DNA of 59,303 nt, the filler included. It is 6 parts of 6 records of this genome, joined end to end, with 100 filler letters (N's around TTAATTAATTAA, not from the genome) between each part and the next. Parts side by side here need not be neighbours in the genome. Positions count along the whole stretch, not along the records: positions 50,721 to 59,303 come from DRR723986_15066; 5 more parts are not named here. One strand, 5' to 3'. Positions within the stretch are counted from its first letter, which is position 1. Each line of letters opens with the position of its first letter. Positions 59,033 through 59,303 of the stretch are shown here, piece by piece. Position numbers and translations under genes: made by a program. The notes below the pieces were generated by a model. The model saw only the letters and a program-made list of their open reading frames with translations, searched no databases and had not been told where the DNA came from.

Positions 59033-59303
59033 ATGTACCACTACAATGACTTCGACGCCGCCTTCGTGGCCGAACGCAATCGCCAGTTCCGCGCGCAGGT
59101 GGAACGCCGCATCGACGGCTCGCTGACCGAGGACGAATTCAAGCCGCTGCGCCTGATGAACGGCCTCTACCTGCAACTGCATGCCTACATGCTGCGGGTC
59201 GCGATTCCCTACGGCACGCTGAACTCGGCGCAGATGCGGCAACTGGCCCTGCTGGCGGAAAAGTGGGACAAGGGCTACGGCCATTTCACCACGCGCCAGA
59301 ACA
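59033..59303 (+). CDS. cysI: Sulfite/nitrite reductase hemoprotein (3' truncated; not in ORF track)
   Basis: MYHYNDFD...FKPLRLMNGLYLQLHAYMLRVAIPYG...GYGHFTTRQN. Confidence 0.93.
   Translation, partial: MYHYNDFDAAFVAERNRQFRAQVERRIDGSLTEDEFKPLRLMNGLYLQLHAYMLRVAIPYGTLNSAQMRQLALLAEKWDKGYGHFTTRQN

Overview
This window is not one locus. It is six unrelated contigs joined by five artificial 100-nt spacers (N-run + TTAATTAATTAA + N-run), so synteny across spacers means nothing. (1) 1-11876, alphaproteobacterial: a 5'-truncated cadherin-repeat/RTX adhesin, TolC, an MHYT-GGDEF-EAL protein, GntR, and an agl alpha-glucoside ABC locus. (2) 11977-17372, GC-rich Rhodobacteraceae-like: gltX, comEC, lexA, moeA, moaC and the end of trpC. 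(3) 17473-23296, Rhodobacteraceae-like: pgk, two cyclophilins, DUF3179, a VOC/WYL/methyltransferase/VOC block and bactofilin. (4) 23397-39611, lower GC, FCB-like because of T9SS-type C-terminal domains: DUF418, GNATs, an M43 protease, DUF1963, a DUF4178/GGK-tailed lipoprotein/DUF350/membrane aminopropyltransferase operon, NRDE, and tandem Asp-box propeller paralogs. Both ends of this contig fall at related palindromes. (5) 39712-50620, Rhodobacteraceae-like: DUF2852, RDD, bpt, a TRAP system with a Cache kinase/LuxR pair, a 2OG-Fe oxygenase, an ilv attenuator and acetolactate synthase. (6) 50721-59303, Rhodobacteraceae-like: dctPQM, dctBD, Lrp, cysG, DUF2849, cysI. The best leads are the GGK-tail/aminopropyltransferase envelope operon, the cargo-swapping cadherin adhesin, a DctD lacking GAFTGA and the Walker A lysine but retaining canonical binding sites, a WYL regulator with a DriD-like operator, and the REP-like palindromes. 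All family assignments come from reading motifs by eye, not from database searches.
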